Assembly (NCBI GenBank): GCA_028705565.1
Contig: JAQWDH010000004.1
Coordinates: forward strand, 11,728 to 75,727
Direction of reading: 5' to 3'
Length of the DNA: 64,000 nucleotides
Origin: Patescibacteria group bacterium
GTDB taxonomy: Bacteria > Patescibacteriota > Patescibacteriia > Magasanikbacterales > GWA2-37-8
In this document: piece by piece, positions 45,980 to 56,979 of the stretch
Layout of the letters: each line of letters starts with the position of its first letter
Numbering within the stretch: position 1 is the stretch's first letter
Made by a program: the position numbers and the translations under genes
The notes under the pieces: model-generated
Database searches by the model: none
What the model saw: only the letters and a program-made list of their open reading frames with translations
Told to the model about the DNA's origin: nothing

Positions 45980-46645
45980 TTATTTGCCGATGATTTTCGC
46001 CATAAATATGTCCAATACGATTTTTATTCCTTCTTTCGTTCCTTGTCCATATTCAAAATACCTAACCTCTACCGGAAATTCCGCGAATTCAAGTTTTTTT
46101 TCTTTAATCAACGCGACAATTTCCGAATTGTGCGCCATGCCGTCCCGCGTGATTTTAAGTTCAGCCAAAGCGCGGCGCGACAAAACTCTAAAACCATTAT
46201 GCGCGTCGGATAATTTTAGGCCTGTCAAAAAATAATTTACCAAACGCGCGACTGGTAAAACAAAATAACGCTTTAAAAAAGGCAAACACGACCTTCCGTC
46301 CAAAAATCTTGAGCCCAACACTATATCCAAATTATTTTTTCGCAAAAAATCAACCGCGGGAATTATATCAGCAGGATTAAATTGCCCGTCGCCGTCAAAA
46401 TGAACCGCATATTCGGCCCCGTTCAAAAACGCGTATTCATCGCCTGTTTGCAAAGCCGCGCCTTGCCCTCTGTTTATTTTATGGGATAAAACAATCGCCC
46501 CGGCCGCGCGCGCGTTTTCGGCCGTCTTATCGTTTGAACCGTCGTCCACAACAATAATTTTTTCCGCGCCATGTTCAAAAAGGCCGCTTATAACGCGGCC
46601 GATTTTCTTTTCTTCATTAAACGCCGGGACTATCGCCCAAATCAT
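45980..46645 (-). CDS. Glycosyltransferase family 2 (polyprenol-phosphate, DPM1-like)
   Basis: PAFNEE, VDDGS, NRGQGAA, DGDGQF, GSRF, DAHNGFR. Confidence 0.9.
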   Translation of the reverse strand: MIWAIVPAFNEEKKIGRVISGLFEHGAEKIIVVDDGSNDKTAENARAAGAIVLSHKINRGQGAALQTGDEYAFLNGAEYAVHFDGDGQFNPADIIPAVDFLRKNNLDIVLGSRFLDGRSCLPFLKRYFVLPVARLVNYFLTGLKLSDAHNGFRVLSRRALAELKITRDGMAHNSEIVALIKEKKLEFAEFPVEVRYFEYGQGTKEGIKIVLDIFMAKIIGK

Positions 46646-46649
46646 AAGA

Positions 46650-47681
46650 TTATTTGCGATTACCGTTATACGCGAACAAAAGCGCTTCCTTGTTCGCAAT
46701 TACATAATTCACTGTTTTTTCCAATCCGTCTTCCAAACGAACCAAAGGAAACCAGCTTAAAACATCTTTAACATAAGTTAAATCAGGCGCGCCTTTCTTG
46801 GTTAAAAATATCAACGGATTTTCAAAAACGACTTTGGAAGTTGAACGGGTCATTTCAATTATCATTTTCGCCACATCAACCATCCTCACAATTGAGTTGT
46901 CTCCCAAGTTCGCCACTTTAACTTCCGGTCCGGCTGACATCAACCGAACCAAACCATCAACAATATCTGTCACATAACATAAAGAGGTTGAAAAAGATTC
47001 ATCTCCGAAAATAGTAAGCTCCTTGCCATCAATCGCGTTGATTATAAAATCAGGTATCAATTGTCCTTCAAACAATTTCATCTTCGGACCGTATGTGGTA
47101 AATACACGGGAAATTTTCGCGTCTATTCCATAAACCTGTCTATAGGTTTCTACGCATGTTTCGGCAAATCTCTTGCCTTCATCGTAACAAGAACGCGGAG
47201 ATAAATGATCCACCACACCCTCGTCTGTTTCTTTGAAGACGGATTTTTCTTCCGTTGCGTTGCCGTACACGACCGAACTGGAAGTGAACACATATTTTGC
47301 TCTATACTTAACGGCCAAGTCCAATGTGTTAATCATAGCGGAAGAATTCGCCCAAAGCGATTTCATTTTTAATTTTTCAAAATCTTTCGGGCTTGTCGGG
47401 CATGCCAAATGATATATTTCTTGAATACCTTGAAATTTAAGCTTGAATTTGTTCAACTCGTCAAAACTTTCCAAATCAATCGGCTTGTTGACATCATATT
47501 TGATAAATTCAAAATCCGGATATTGCAACAGATGATCAATGTTGTGCGGGTGCGAATTGGAAAAATCATCCAAACAAATCACGTTCGCTTCTTTCAAAAG
47601 CCGCTCGCAAAGATGCGAACCGATAAAACCGGCGCCGCCGGTCACCAAAACGTTTTTTTTCTCAAAAATTGGCGTTTCCAT
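46650..47681 (-). CDS. NAD-dependent epimerase/dehydratase, UDP-glucuronate decarboxylase-like
   Basis: TGGAGFIGSHLC, YHLACPTSP, RSCYDEGKR. Confidence 0.88.
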   Translation of the reverse strand: METPIFEKKNVLVTGGAGFIGSHLCERLLKEANVICLDDFSNSHPHNIDHLLQYPDFEFIKYDVNKPIDLESFDELNKFKLKFQGIQEIYHLACPTSPKDFEKLKMKSLWANSSAMINTLDLAVKYRAKYVFTSSSVVYGNATEEKSVFKETDEGVVDHLSPRSCYDEGKRFAETCVETYRQVYGIDAKISRVFTTYGPKMKLFEGQLIPDFIINAIDGKELTIFGDESFSTSLCYVTDIVDGLVRLMSAGPEVKVANLGDNSIVRMVDVAKMIIEMTRSTSKVVFENPLIFLTKKGAPDLTYVKDVLSWFPLVRLEDGLEKTVNYVIANKEALLFAYNGNRK

Positions 47682-47763
47682 ATGATAAAATTATTACGCG
47701 GATATTATAACATTAAATGGCTCGTTATGACAATTTGCGCGGTATTTGAGCGAATACAAAATT

Positions 47764-49728
47764 TTAATTCGCCAATCCGCCGAAAACCGGCAATACCAAT
47801 TTTTTAATCGTGTCATTTCTTTTTGAGTCAACAATACGCGCGTCAACGGGTTTATTGTTTTTTAAATTAAATCTTAAAAGTTTTCCGGCTTTAGAACCTT
47901 GCGCCGATTCCAAAATCAAAAGACCCCAAACACTTCCTTTTTTATCGTTTTCCAGATATTCTTCCGACCAACTTTGACTCGGCAAGTCAATCACTGCCTG
48001 TTTAACGCGATTATTATGATTTATAATCACGGCTATCTGTTCTCCTCCGGCCTCCCATAAAGAACCAGATTTTATATCATCAACGCGCTTTACTCCTGAT
48101 AATGAAACTTCATAAATAATATTACCGCCCCAATCAACTGATTCTATTTTTAATTTATTTTTTGATATTTTCGCCAAAACCAAACCGCTCGCGCTAAAAT
48201 CCCATTTTTGCAAATCGGAAATATTGGCTATTTCAACCGTTTTTCTTCCAGCGTCATCATATGCGGTGATTTTAGATTTTTTGTTTTTTAAATCATACTC
48301 GCGCGCGATTATTCTTTCACCATCAAATTTAATTTCTTTTATTTCAATTTGTTTGCCATTTCCGCCGACCGGCAATGAAAATTCATATTTAAAAACGCCT
48401 TCGCCTGATAAAATTCTAATATAATATGACTGTCCGCGTTTTATCAAAAGCAAAATTTCTTTATCGCCGTCAGAATTTACATCTCCTGATTCAATGCTTT
48501 TTATTTCGCCTTTATCAATGCTTGCTAAAAATTTAGCGGCCGCTTTTTCATAATTAAAACTCCAAATTTTTTTACCGGAAAAATAATAAATTTCTTTCGC
48601 GTTCAAAGCGTATTTTGCGGATTTAATGACCGCTTCTCCAATATCCAACAATCCGTAACCAAGCATACCCGCGTATTCCGGATTCGCGTCGTCCAAATCT
48701 TTAGCTGTTCTTAACAAGATATTCATTATTTCATTTGGTTTCAATTCAGGACGCATTGATTTGATAAGCGAAGCGGTTCCCGCCACAAGCGGCGCTGAAA
48801 AAGATGTCCCATACCATTTGCCTCTGAATTCAAACTTGTATCCGATGTCAGGATTATAATATTGCGTGCTAAAAATTTCTTCTCCCGGAGCGATAATATC
48901 TATGCAATTTCCATAATCAGCGAAACTGCTCAATTGATTATTATAATTAGCGGAAGAAACCCCTAAAATCCAATTTACTTTATCTCCATTGTCAAAGCAA
49001 ACGGGGTAAAGCGGTTTATTGTTTAAATTTCCGCCAACTTCGCCGTCTGTTTTATCATTTCCGGCCGCGGCGACTATTATAATTCCTTTTTTATACGCCT
49101 CAAATAATTTATCTCGCAAAATGAGATCATTCGTGTCTCCGACAAAACTCATTGATATGATTGACGCTCCCATTTTTATGGCGTAATCCACGGCTTTTGT
49201 CACATCTGCGAACGAACCTCCGCCGACATTGTCAACGGCTTTTAAAACCATTATTTTGGCTTTCCAATTAACTCCGACTCCGGCGCGACCATTATCCCCA
49301 ACCGCGCCGATAAGTCCGGCTATCAATGTTCCGTGATGCGTCGCCGCGGAAGAATATTCACCGTTCTTGTTGGCCGGAGGCGACACATTATTATTATTGT
49401 CCACAAAATTCCAACCGTTAACATCATCAACATAACCGTTTTTATCGTCATCAATTTGATTGTTAGGTATTTCCTTCAAATTTTTCCATATGTTATCGCT
49501 CAAATCAAAATTATTTATATCTACTCCTGTGTCAATTATCGCCACTGTGATTTTTTCTGTTTCAACGCCGTAATCCCAAGCTAAAGGCGCGTTGATTAAA
49601 TTCCACATCTTTTCCTGAAAAATATAACCGACGTCGCCGGGCACGCGCGCAAACACCAAATTCGGCGTAAACAAAATCACAGTCGCGAACAGCGAAATTA
49701 TTGCTTTTTTTACAAAATTGTGATACAT
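47764..49728 (-). CDS. Secreted S8 (subtilisin-like) serine peptidase
   Basis: Signal peptide; IIDTG, HGT, AAAGN, GTSFSAP. Confidence 0.92.
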   Translation of the reverse strand: MYHNFVKKAIISLFATVILFTPNLVFARVPGDVGYIFQEKMWNLINAPLAWDYGVETEKITVAIIDTGVDINNFDLSDNIWKNLKEIPNNQIDDDKNGYVDDVNGWNFVDNNNNVSPPANKNGEYSSAATHHGTLIAGLIGAVGDNGRAGVGVNWKAKIMVLKAVDNVGGGSFADVTKAVDYAIKMGASIISMSFVGDTNDLILRDKLFEAYKKGIIIVAAAGNDKTDGEVGGNLNNKPLYPVCFDNGDKVNWILGVSSANYNNQLSSFADYGNCIDIIAPGEEIFSTQYYNPDIGYKFEFRGKWYGTSFSAPLVAGTASLIKSMRPELKPNEIMNILLRTAKDLDDANPEYAGMLGYGLLDIGEAVIKSAKYALNAKEIYYFSGKKIWSFNYEKAAAKFLASIDKGEIKSIESGDVNSDGDKEILLLIKRGQSYYIRILSGEGVFKYEFSLPVGGNGKQIEIKEIKFDGERIIAREYDLKNKKSKITAYDDAGRKTVEIANISDLQKWDFSASGLVLAKISKNKLKIESVDWGGNIIYEVSLSGVKRVDDIKSGSLWEAGGEQIAVIINHNNRVKQAVIDLPSQSWSEEYLENDKKGSVWGLLILESAQGSKAGKLLRFNLKNNKPVDARIVDSKRNDTIKKLVLPVFGGLAN

Positions 49729-49770
49729 TTTAGGAGTTAAGCATCTATATTATATAATATCCCGGGCTTT

Positions 49771-51138
49771 ATGTATAGAATAAAACAGTTCATACTTTTT
49801 TTAGGTGACATCTTGTCTCTTTATGCCGGTCTTTTTCTCGCATTGTCTTTGCGCTATTTAAAATGGCCGGAAAAAGAAATCGGGCTTTTGCTTGAACCGA
49901 TGATTTTGCTGTTTATTTTAGCGGCGATATTTTTTTTCATTGTCGGTTTGTATGATTTGGGAAAAGCCAAAAATTCATGGAAATTTTTTCAAAAAATTAT
50001 AATATCGGCGTTGCTTTGGATAGCTTTTGGCACGATTTATTTTTATTTAAACAGCGACATAGGCGCGGCTCCGAAAACAAATTTGCTCTTAATAGCCGTC
50101 TTCGGATTTACTTTTGTTTCCTTATGGAGATATTTACAAAATAAAATACTCACTACGACTTGGAAAATAAAAGTCGTATTTGCTGGCATAAATAAAGAAG
50201 CTGTTGAATTGATAAACTTGCTGCGCGCGGAACCTCAACACGGATATGAAATTATAGGCATTATTTCGGAAAACGCGTCTGACGGAACAGATACGGTTCC
50301 TGTTGGAAAAAATTTAAAAGAATTATTTGAAAAAACAAAACAAAAATCGCCGAATATGATAGTGGTTTCTCCGGAATTCGCGATGAATGATGAAATTTTA
50401 AATGAATTTTACGGACAAATTTTCCGACATTCCACAGTAGTTGATTTAGCTGATTTTTACGAAGAAATCTTCGGACGACTTCCATCTTTTATATTCTCGG
50501 AAAGCTGGTTTTTAACAAAACTGCGAGAACAAGATAAAAAAATTTACGATAGGATGCATAATTTAATTGATTACGCGTCAGGTTTGCTGATGGGAATTTT
50601 TTTCGCGATAACTTTTCCTTTTGTCGCTTTGGCGATAAAATCAAATTCACGCGGTTCAATTTTTTTCAAACAAGAAAGAACCGGCAAATCTGGAAAAAAA
50701 TTCACCATCTATAAATACAGGACGATGAAATCAATGTCTCCTGACGGAAGCGCGGAAATTTCCGGTCCTCAATTCGCTTCCACCGGCGACGCTAGAATAA
50801 CTTTGGTCGGCAAATTTTTACGAAAAACCAGGCTTGATGAAATTCCCCAATTTATAAATATCCTTAAAAAAGAAATGAGTTTGGTCGGACCGCGTCCTGA
50901 GAGACCCGAATTCGTAAAACAGCTTACCGAAAAGATGCCTTTTTACGCCTTGCGTCATTTGGTAAAGCCCGGAATTACCGGATGGGCGCAGTTGCACGAA
51001 TCTTATTACGGCACAATTGAAGAAAATTTACGCAAGTTGGAATATGATCTTTTCTACATTAAAAATCGCGGTCCGGTTTTGGATATGGCAATACTACTTA
51101 AAACAATAAATGTTATTCTTCGTTTCGCCGGAAGATAA
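49771..51138 (+). CDS. Polyprenyl-phosphate glycosylphosphotransferase (WcaJ/WbaP-like)
   Basis: KYRTM, DARIT.VGKFLRKTRLDEIPQF, MSLVGPRPE, KPGITGWAQ. Confidence 0.93.
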   Translation: MYRIKQFILFLGDILSLYAGLFLALSLRYLKWPEKEIGLLLEPMILLFILAAIFFFIVGLYDLGKAKNSWKFFQKIIISALLWIAFGTIYFYLNSDIGAAPKTNLLLIAVFGFTFVSLWRYLQNKILTTTWKIKVVFAGINKEAVELINLLRAEPQHGYEIIGIISENASDGTDTVPVGKNLKELFEKTKQKSPNMIVVSPEFAMNDEILNEFYGQIFRHSTVVDLADFYEEIFGRLPSFIFSESWFLTKLREQDKKIYDRMHNLIDYASGLLMGIFFAITFPFVALAIKSNSRGSIFFKQERTGKSGKKFTIYKYRTMKSMSPDGSAEISGPQFASTGDARITLVGKFLRKTRLDEIPQFINILKKEMSLVGPRPERPEFVKQLTEKMPFYALRHLVKPGITGWAQLHESYYGTIEENLRKLEYDLFYIKNRGPVLDMAILLKTINVILRFAGR

Positions 51139-51151
51139 AAATTTTTAAACT

Positions 51152-51188
51152 AAAAAAAACAAGATGGTTTATTCCGTCTTGTTTTTTT
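51152..51188. terminator. Bidirectional terminator
   Basis: AAAAAAACAAGATGG-TTTATT-CCGTCTTGTTTTTTT. Confidence 0.8.
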
Positions 51189-51194
51189 ATAATT

Positions 51195-52820
51195 TTATAA
51201 AAGCGCGGATTTTATAAATCCTATAAACAACGGGTGCGGACGCAACGGACGAGATTTCAATTCCGGGTGAAACTGCGTACCGACAAAAAACGGATGATTT
51301 TTCAATTCTATAATCTCAACCAGATTTGATTCCGGATTCACTCCAACAATACCCATATCCTTCTTTTCAAATTCTTCGCGGTATTGATTATCAAATTCAA
51401 AGCGATGGCGGTGCCTTTCGGAAATTTTATCAACTCCATAAAGTTTTCCGACTTTTGAATCTTTTTTCAAAACGCAATCATAAGCGCCGAGACGCATCGT
51501 GCCGCCATAACGATTTTCTTTTATATTTTTCGCTTGCGTAGGATTGATATTGATAATAAGATGTTCCGATTTCGGTTCGCATTCAACCGTGTGCGCATCT
51601 TTGTAATCCAAAACATCGCGCGCGAATTCAACGCACGCGAGCTGCATGCCGTAGCACAATCCCAAATACGGCAAATTGTTTTCGCGCGCGTATCTTATCG
51701 CCTTTATTATTCCTTCAATTCCGCGAGTTCCAAAACCTCCCGGCACGATTAAACCGTCGTAATTGGACAACTCTTTCAATTTTGACGATTTTTTTTCATA
51801 ATCTTCAGAATCAATCCAAGTCATTTCCGGCGTTGCGCCCAAAAACCACGCGGAGTGCTTTACCGCCTCTATCACTGAAATATACGAATCGGCCAAAGTG
51901 AATTTGCCGGTGGAAAAATATTTTCCCACCACCGCGATTTTCACCGGTTTCCCCGCTTTGTTTGTGTTGGCAATCAATTTATTCCATTCCATTTCGTATT
52001 TTTTGCCGATTAAATTTATTCGCAATCTTTTCGCGAGCAACTTTCCGAAATTTTGTTTTTCAAAAACTTGCGGGACTTCATATATATTTTTTACATCCGG
52101 AGAAGAAATGACATAATTTTCCGACTGCAACCAGCAAAAAAACGCCAGCTTTTCTTTGCGTTTTTTATCCAATTCTTCATGGCCGCGCGCCACTATAAAA
52201 TCAGGCTGTATGCCGCAGTTATTCAAAGCTCGCGCCGCGTGTTGGGTCGGCTTGGTTTTCATCTCGCCCAAATGCCCGGGTACGGGCAAATAACTTACCA
52301 ACACAAAAGCCACGTCGCTCGGATTGTCCAACTTCATCATTCTGCCGGCTTCCAAATACAAAATGTTTTCATACTCTCCGACCGTTCCTCCTATTTCCAC
52401 TATCATAACATCCGCTTTTGATTCTTCGGCGGCTTTTTTAATTCTCTTCACCACTTCCATCGGAATATGCGGAACGACTTGCACACAATGTCCTTTGTAT
52501 CCCATACTTCTTTCTTTTTCAATAACGCTTAAATAAACTCTTCCGGTTGTCATATAATTAGCGGAGTTTATATCAGCGTCCAAAAATCTTTCATAATTTC
52601 CGATATCTTGGTCGGTTTCGTCGCCGTCGTCAGTGACAAAAACTTCTCCGTGTTCAATCGGATTCATCGTGCCAGCGTCAACATTGATATACGGGTCAAT
52701 TTTTATCGCAGACACATTATAGCCGTAATTTTTAAAAATACGGCCGATTGACGCGGCGCATACTCCTTTTCCGACGCCTGACATAACTCCTCCAACTACA
52801 AAAATGTATTTTGTTTTCAT
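51195..52820 (-). CDS. pyrG: CTP synthase
   Basis: SGVGKG, KIDPYINVDAGTM, KTKPTQH, GLCYGMQ, QFHPE. Confidence 0.97.
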   Translation of the reverse strand: MKTKYIFVVGGVMSGVGKGVCAASIGRIFKNYGYNVSAIKIDPYINVDAGTMNPIEHGEVFVTDDGDETDQDIGNYERFLDADINSANYMTTGRVYLSVIEKERSMGYKGHCVQVVPHIPMEVVKRIKKAAEESKADVMIVEIGGTVGEYENILYLEAGRMMKLDNPSDVAFVLVSYLPVPGHLGEMKTKPTQHAARALNNCGIQPDFIVARGHEELDKKRKEKLAFFCWLQSENYVISSPDVKNIYEVPQVFEKQNFGKLLAKRLRINLIGKKYEMEWNKLIANTNKAGKPVKIAVVGKYFSTGKFTLADSYISVIEAVKHSAWFLGATPEMTWIDSEDYEKKSSKLKELSNYDGLIVPGGFGTRGIEGIIKAIRYARENNLPYLGLCYGMQLACVEFARDVLDYKDAHTVECEPKSEHLIININPTQAKNIKENRYGGTMRLGAYDCVLKKDSKVGKLYGVDKISERHRHRFEFDNQYREEFEKKDMGIVGVNPESNLVEIIELKNHPFFVGTQFHPELKSRPLRPHPLFIGFIKSALL

Positions 52821-52823
52821 AAT

Positions 52824-53264
52824 TTAAATTCTTTTTATAATAACGGCTACTTCCGCCTCGTTTCCATATCTTAATTTTATTTTTATTTTATATTCCCCTA
52901 TTTCTTTAATCGGTTTTACGATAATTTGGTCATCCGCGACCGTCAAACCTTTGGCGGATAAAACAGCTGAAATTTTCTGCGGTCCGATCGCCGCGTAAAG
53001 CACATTGCCTGAACTCGTCTTGCCTGTTATTTCCACACGCGCGCCGTCCAATTTTTTCGCCAACGCTTTTTGTTCCGCGATATCCTTTTGCGCTTCTTTT
53101 TCTTTTTTCGCCTTTCGCGCGTCCAAATCAGACAAAACTTTTTCAGTCGCCAAAACCGCCGCGCCGTTCGGAAGCAAAAAATTGCGCGCGTATCCTTCCG
53201 CCACTTCTTTGATTTCGTCTTTTTTACCGACCCCTTTTATATCTTTTAAAAAAATAATTTTCAT
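52824..53264 (-). CDS. rplI: 50S ribosomal protein L9
   Basis: [32 protein letters not shown]. Confidence 0.96.
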   Translation of the reverse strand: MKIIFLKDIKGVGKKDEIKEVAEGYARNFLLPNGAAVLATEKVLSDLDARKAKKEKEAQKDIAEQKALAKKLDGARVEITGKTSSGNVLYAAIGPQKISAVLSAKGLTVADDQIIVKPIKEIGEYKIKIKLRYGNEAEVAVIIKRI

Positions 53265-53338
53265 ACGGCTTCTTGATTTGTTAAAAATTTTAAGGTAAGA
53301 TATTAAAAATATGATTTTAACGAATTCAACAAAAAAAT

Positions 53339-54214
53339 ATGCGGGCAGAAACCAATGAACAAAAATTCAAATCCGGAATTGTCACTCTCGTTGGGCGCTC
53401 CAATGTCGGAAAGTCAACTTTGCTTAATACGCTGGTTGGAACTAAGATCGCCATTGTCACAGAAAAGCCACAAACCACGAGACGTATTATACACGGCGTT
53501 CTTAATATTCCACAAGGGCAAGTGGTTTTTGTGGATACGCCCGGCGTTTTCAAGGAAACCAAAAGTAAATTGGGCGGCAAACTTACTCAACGCGTTCATG
53601 AAGCCATTAAAGACATTGATATCGTGGTTTACGTCGCCGACCCGACAAAAAGCTTGGGCGCTGAAGAACGATTTGTCTTGTCAATGGTTAAACAACTGAA
53701 AATGCCAAAAATTTTGGTCATCAATAAATCCGACTTGCCAACGAGCGAAAAACCTTATTTGGACGATTACAAAGCTTTGGCGGAAGAATTTGACGATTCG
53801 TTTGAGCTATCCGCTCTGCGCAACGCGCATATTCAACCGCTCAAAGACAAGGTTGCTGAACTTTTGCCGGAAGGTCCGCCAATGTATCCGCCTGAACAGC
53901 TTACGAATATTGATCCGAAATTTTGGGTCGCGGAAATTATCCGTGAAAAAATTTTTAAAGCTCTGCGCAAAGAGATTCCTTACACCACGCATGTTGAAGT
54001 GGAGGAAGTTGAAGAAAAAGAAAATCTATTAGTGATACAAGCGACCGTTTACACATCCGAAAAACGCTATAAAAAAATGATTATCGGCGCCAAAGGGCGT
54101 TCAATTAAAGAAATCGGGATTGCCGCGCGCAAAGAATTGGAAACCGCCCTAAATAAAAAAATATTTTTAGAGCTGAACGTGGAAGCCGACAAACACTGGG
54201 AAGAAAGAATTTAA
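53339..54214 (+). CDS. era: GTPase Era
   Basis: [35 protein letters not shown] domain. Confidence 0.96.
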   Translation: MRAETNEQKFKSGIVTLVGRSNVGKSTLLNTLVGTKIAIVTEKPQTTRRIIHGVLNIPQGQVVFVDTPGVFKETKSKLGGKLTQRVHEAIKDIDIVVYVADPTKSLGAEERFVLSMVKQLKMPKILVINKSDLPTSEKPYLDDYKALAEEFDDSFELSALRNAHIQPLKDKVAELLPEGPPMYPPEQLTNIDPKFWVAEIIREKIFKALRKEIPYTTHVEVEEVEEKENLLVIQATVYTSEKRYKKMIIGAKGRSIKEIGIAARKELETALNKKIFLELNVEADKHWEERI

Positions 54215-54224
54215 ACACAATTAT

Positions 54225-54248
54225 AAAAGCGCCCGAACGGGCGCTTTA
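54225..54248. terminator. Terminator hairpin between convergent era and ctpA
   Basis: AAAGCGCCCG-AA-CGGGCGCTTT. Confidence 0.7.
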
Positions 54249-54303
54249 AGTTTCTATTGGTTTAAAATCTCTTGGGACGGTTTTTAAATTTTATTATGTT
54301 TTT

Positions 54304-55551
54304 CTATTTAAGCATCTCCATCGCTTTATCCAAGATACTATCTTCTCCCACTTTCGTATTCTCCCAGTCCTCTTTTATTTCAACATTCGGCGCTATGCCC
54401 TGCTCGTTAATATTTTTTCCGTTCGGCGTAAGCCATTCGGCGACAGTAATTTTTAAAGCAGAACCATCAGGAAAAGTTTCAAAGTCCTGCACCGAACCTT
54501 TGCCAAAAGTTTTTTCGCCGACAAGCTCGGCTTTTTTATAATCCTGAAGCGCGCCGGCGACTATTTCCGAAGCTGATGCCGAACCGCCATTCACCAAAAT
54601 CACTGTTTTAACATCCGCCAACCGTCCGTTGCCGTTTGATTTGTATTCCTCAATACTACCATCGCTGAATTTTTCACTAACGATAACTCCTTCGGCGATC
54701 CACTCGCTCGCCACATCAACGGCCGCGTCCAAAAATCCTCCCGGGTTACCGCGCAAATCCAAAATCATTTTATTCACGCCCCTCTCTTTCATTCGTTTTA
54801 TATTTTTATCAAATTCGCCGACTGTATTTTCATTGAATTGCATTAAACGAAGATAGGCGATGCCTCCTGATTTTATCGTCATCAAAACAGCCGGAACATT
54901 TATTTTAGCCCGCGTAATTGTCACTGGCCAAGCTTTTGTTATTCCTTCGCGACTTATGGTTAAAATAACTTTCGTATCCGCCGGTCCGCGAATATTGCCG
55001 ATTGCCCAAGTAGTATCTTTACCGGCAGTGTCTTTATCATCTATCAAAAGAATTATATCACCGGGACGCAAACCTGCTTTTTCAGCTGGAGAATCGGGCA
55101 ATGGCGAAATAACCGTGAGCATACTGTTTTTTATCCCTATTTCCGCGCCAATGCCTTCTAATTCACCTGATAAATCTTTAACGAATTCAGCCGCGGGTTG
55201 CGGCGGCATATACATGGAATACGGGTCGCCGAGAGATGCCACCATGCCCTCTACAGCGCCGTAGAACATCTCGGAATCGCTCACCGGCTGTTTTACGTAT
55301 TTTTCCTTCACGCTGTCCCAAACCTTCCAAAACTGCTCAAAATCAACGCTCTGCGAATGATTCGCGGAACGATTGATGTTTTCAAGTTTGGTTATAATGT
55401 TTTCGCCTTGACTTACCGCGATTTGATTTTTAACCACCCGAAATTGTCCGACAAAAAGTCCGAGCCCGAAAGAAAACAAGAAAAGCATAACCGAAAGTTC
55501 CAACGGCCAATATTTTTTAATCCGTTCTTTCAAATTTAAAAAAATAAACAT
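54304..55551 (-). CDS. ctpA: S41 carboxy-terminal processing protease
   Basis: LGDPYS, PDZ GIGAEI, DLRGNPGG, SASASEI, TFGKGSVQ. Confidence 0.93.
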   Translation of the reverse strand: MFIFLNLKERIKKYWPLELSVMLFLFSFGLGLFVGQFRVVKNQIAVSQGENIITKLENINRSANHSQSVDFEQFWKVWDSVKEKYVKQPVSDSEMFYGAVEGMVASLGDPYSMYMPPQPAAEFVKDLSGELEGIGAEIGIKNSMLTVISPLPDSPAEKAGLRPGDIILLIDDKDTAGKDTTWAIGNIRGPADTKVILTISREGITKAWPVTITRAKINVPAVLMTIKSGGIAYLRLMQFNENTVGEFDKNIKRMKERGVNKMILDLRGNPGGFLDAAVDVASEWIAEGVIVSEKFSDGSIEEYKSNGNGRLADVKTVILVNGGSASASEIVAGALQDYKKAELVGEKTFGKGSVQDFETFPDGSALKITVAEWLTPNGKNINEQGIAPNVEIKEDWENTKVGEDSILDKAMEMLK

Positions 55552-55599
55552 AAATAAATTGATAATTGAAAATTTAAATTAGGTATGATAATGAGTTGG

Positions 55600-56904
55600 T
55601 TATTTATCCCTTATAACAGTTATATCCGCTCCGGCTTTGTTTAAAACTTCATAAAGATTTTCATATCCTCTGTCAATCTCGTAAGTATCTCGCAAAATTG
55701 ATTTTCCTTTTGCCGCGAGCATGCAAATTAAAACATTCACGGCCGGACGCAAAGCTGGCGGAGCCATCAGTTCATTGGCGCGAAATTCGGTCGGCCCTTC
55801 AACCCAAACTCTGTGCGGGTCCAAAAGCGTAATTCGCGCTCCAAGCTTTACAAGATCCAAATAATACACAGCTCTATTTTCATAAGCCCAGTCATGAACA
55901 AGTGTTCGCCCTTTGGCTTGAGTCAAAATCGGTACAAACAATGGTAGATTGTCTATGTTTAACCCAGGAAAAGGTCGCCCGTAAATTTTATCAGGCAGCG
56001 CGTCAAGCGCGCTCGGAATGATTTTTATGTCAACCACTTCAAATTTTCCATTCTTTGATTTTCTTTTTTTTATTATTTTGAATTTTTGCCCCATTTTTTC
56101 CAATTTACACAATTCCAAATCCAAAAAATCCATTGGGCAATTGGAAACCGTCAAATTTGATTTGGTTGTAATCGCCGCGGAAAGATAAGTCATTGCGACA
56201 ATAGGGTCCGGCATAATCGGATAATCGGAAACTGAATTTAATTTTTTAACGCCGGTTATTTTTAAAGTGGTCGCGCCGATACCCTCAATCTTTGCTCCGG
56301 CTTTTTCCAAAAAATAACAAACATCCTGAACCATATAATTCGCCGATGCCATTTTAATCACAGATACTCCCGGGGCCAAAACCGCAGCCATTATAGCGTT
56401 CTCCGTAGGAGTGTCGCCTGATTCATACATAACGATTTCAGCCGCGCGCAAAGGCGAATTTTCAACTTCATAAAATTTGTCTTTGGAAACAACGCCAACG
56501 CCGAATTTTTCCAAAGCGTAAAGATGCGGACGCACGGTGCGTTCTCCCAATTTACACCCGCCTGATTTATACAATTTATAACGTTTTACGCGCGCCGCCA
56601 AAGCACCTAAAAGCAAAAGCGAGGAACGAGTTTTTTCCGAACTCACCTTGTCTATTTTTGATAAATTCAAATCGCCGGAAGCATCCAATTCTATTTTTTT
56701 ACCTGCCATTTTAACCACTACTCCAATACTTTTTAAAAGCTCTAAAATTCTATTGACTTCCTCAATTTGCGGGACATCTGTCAAAACCGTTTTTCCTTTT
56801 ATCATCACGGAAGCGCACAAAATGGCAACGGCTGAATTTTTAGCCGTTTGGTTAATCACTTTTCCGCGCAATTTTTTTCCTCCGTTAATAATTAAATAAG
56901 GCAT
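55600..56904 (-). CDS. murA: UDP-N-acetylglucosamine 1-carboxyvinyltransferase
   Basis: AKNS, GGCKLGER with active-site Cys, TENAIMAA, YENR, IDRGYE. Confidence 0.93.
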   Translation of the reverse strand: MPYLIINGGKKLRGKVINQTAKNSAVAILCASVMIKGKTVLTDVPQIEEVNRILELLKSIGVVVKMAGKKIELDASGDLNLSKIDKVSSEKTRSSLLLLGALAARVKRYKLYKSGGCKLGERTVRPHLYALEKFGVGVVSKDKFYEVENSPLRAAEIVMYESGDTPTENAIMAAVLAPGVSVIKMASANYMVQDVCYFLEKAGAKIEGIGATTLKITGVKKLNSVSDYPIMPDPIVAMTYLSAAITTKSNLTVSNCPMDFLDLELCKLEKMGQKFKIIKKRKSKNGKFEVVDIKIIPSALDALPDKIYGRPFPGLNIDNLPLFVPILTQAKGRTLVHDWAYENRAVYYLDLVKLGARITLLDPHRVWVEGPTEFRANELMAPPALRPAVNVLICMLAAKGKSILRDTYEIDRGYENLYEVLNKAGADITVIRDK

Positions 56905-56979
56905 AAACTTTGACTATATTCTCTCAATGCATTATTATAATTATACCAAAATAAAGCAAAATAGCAAACATTCAAAAGT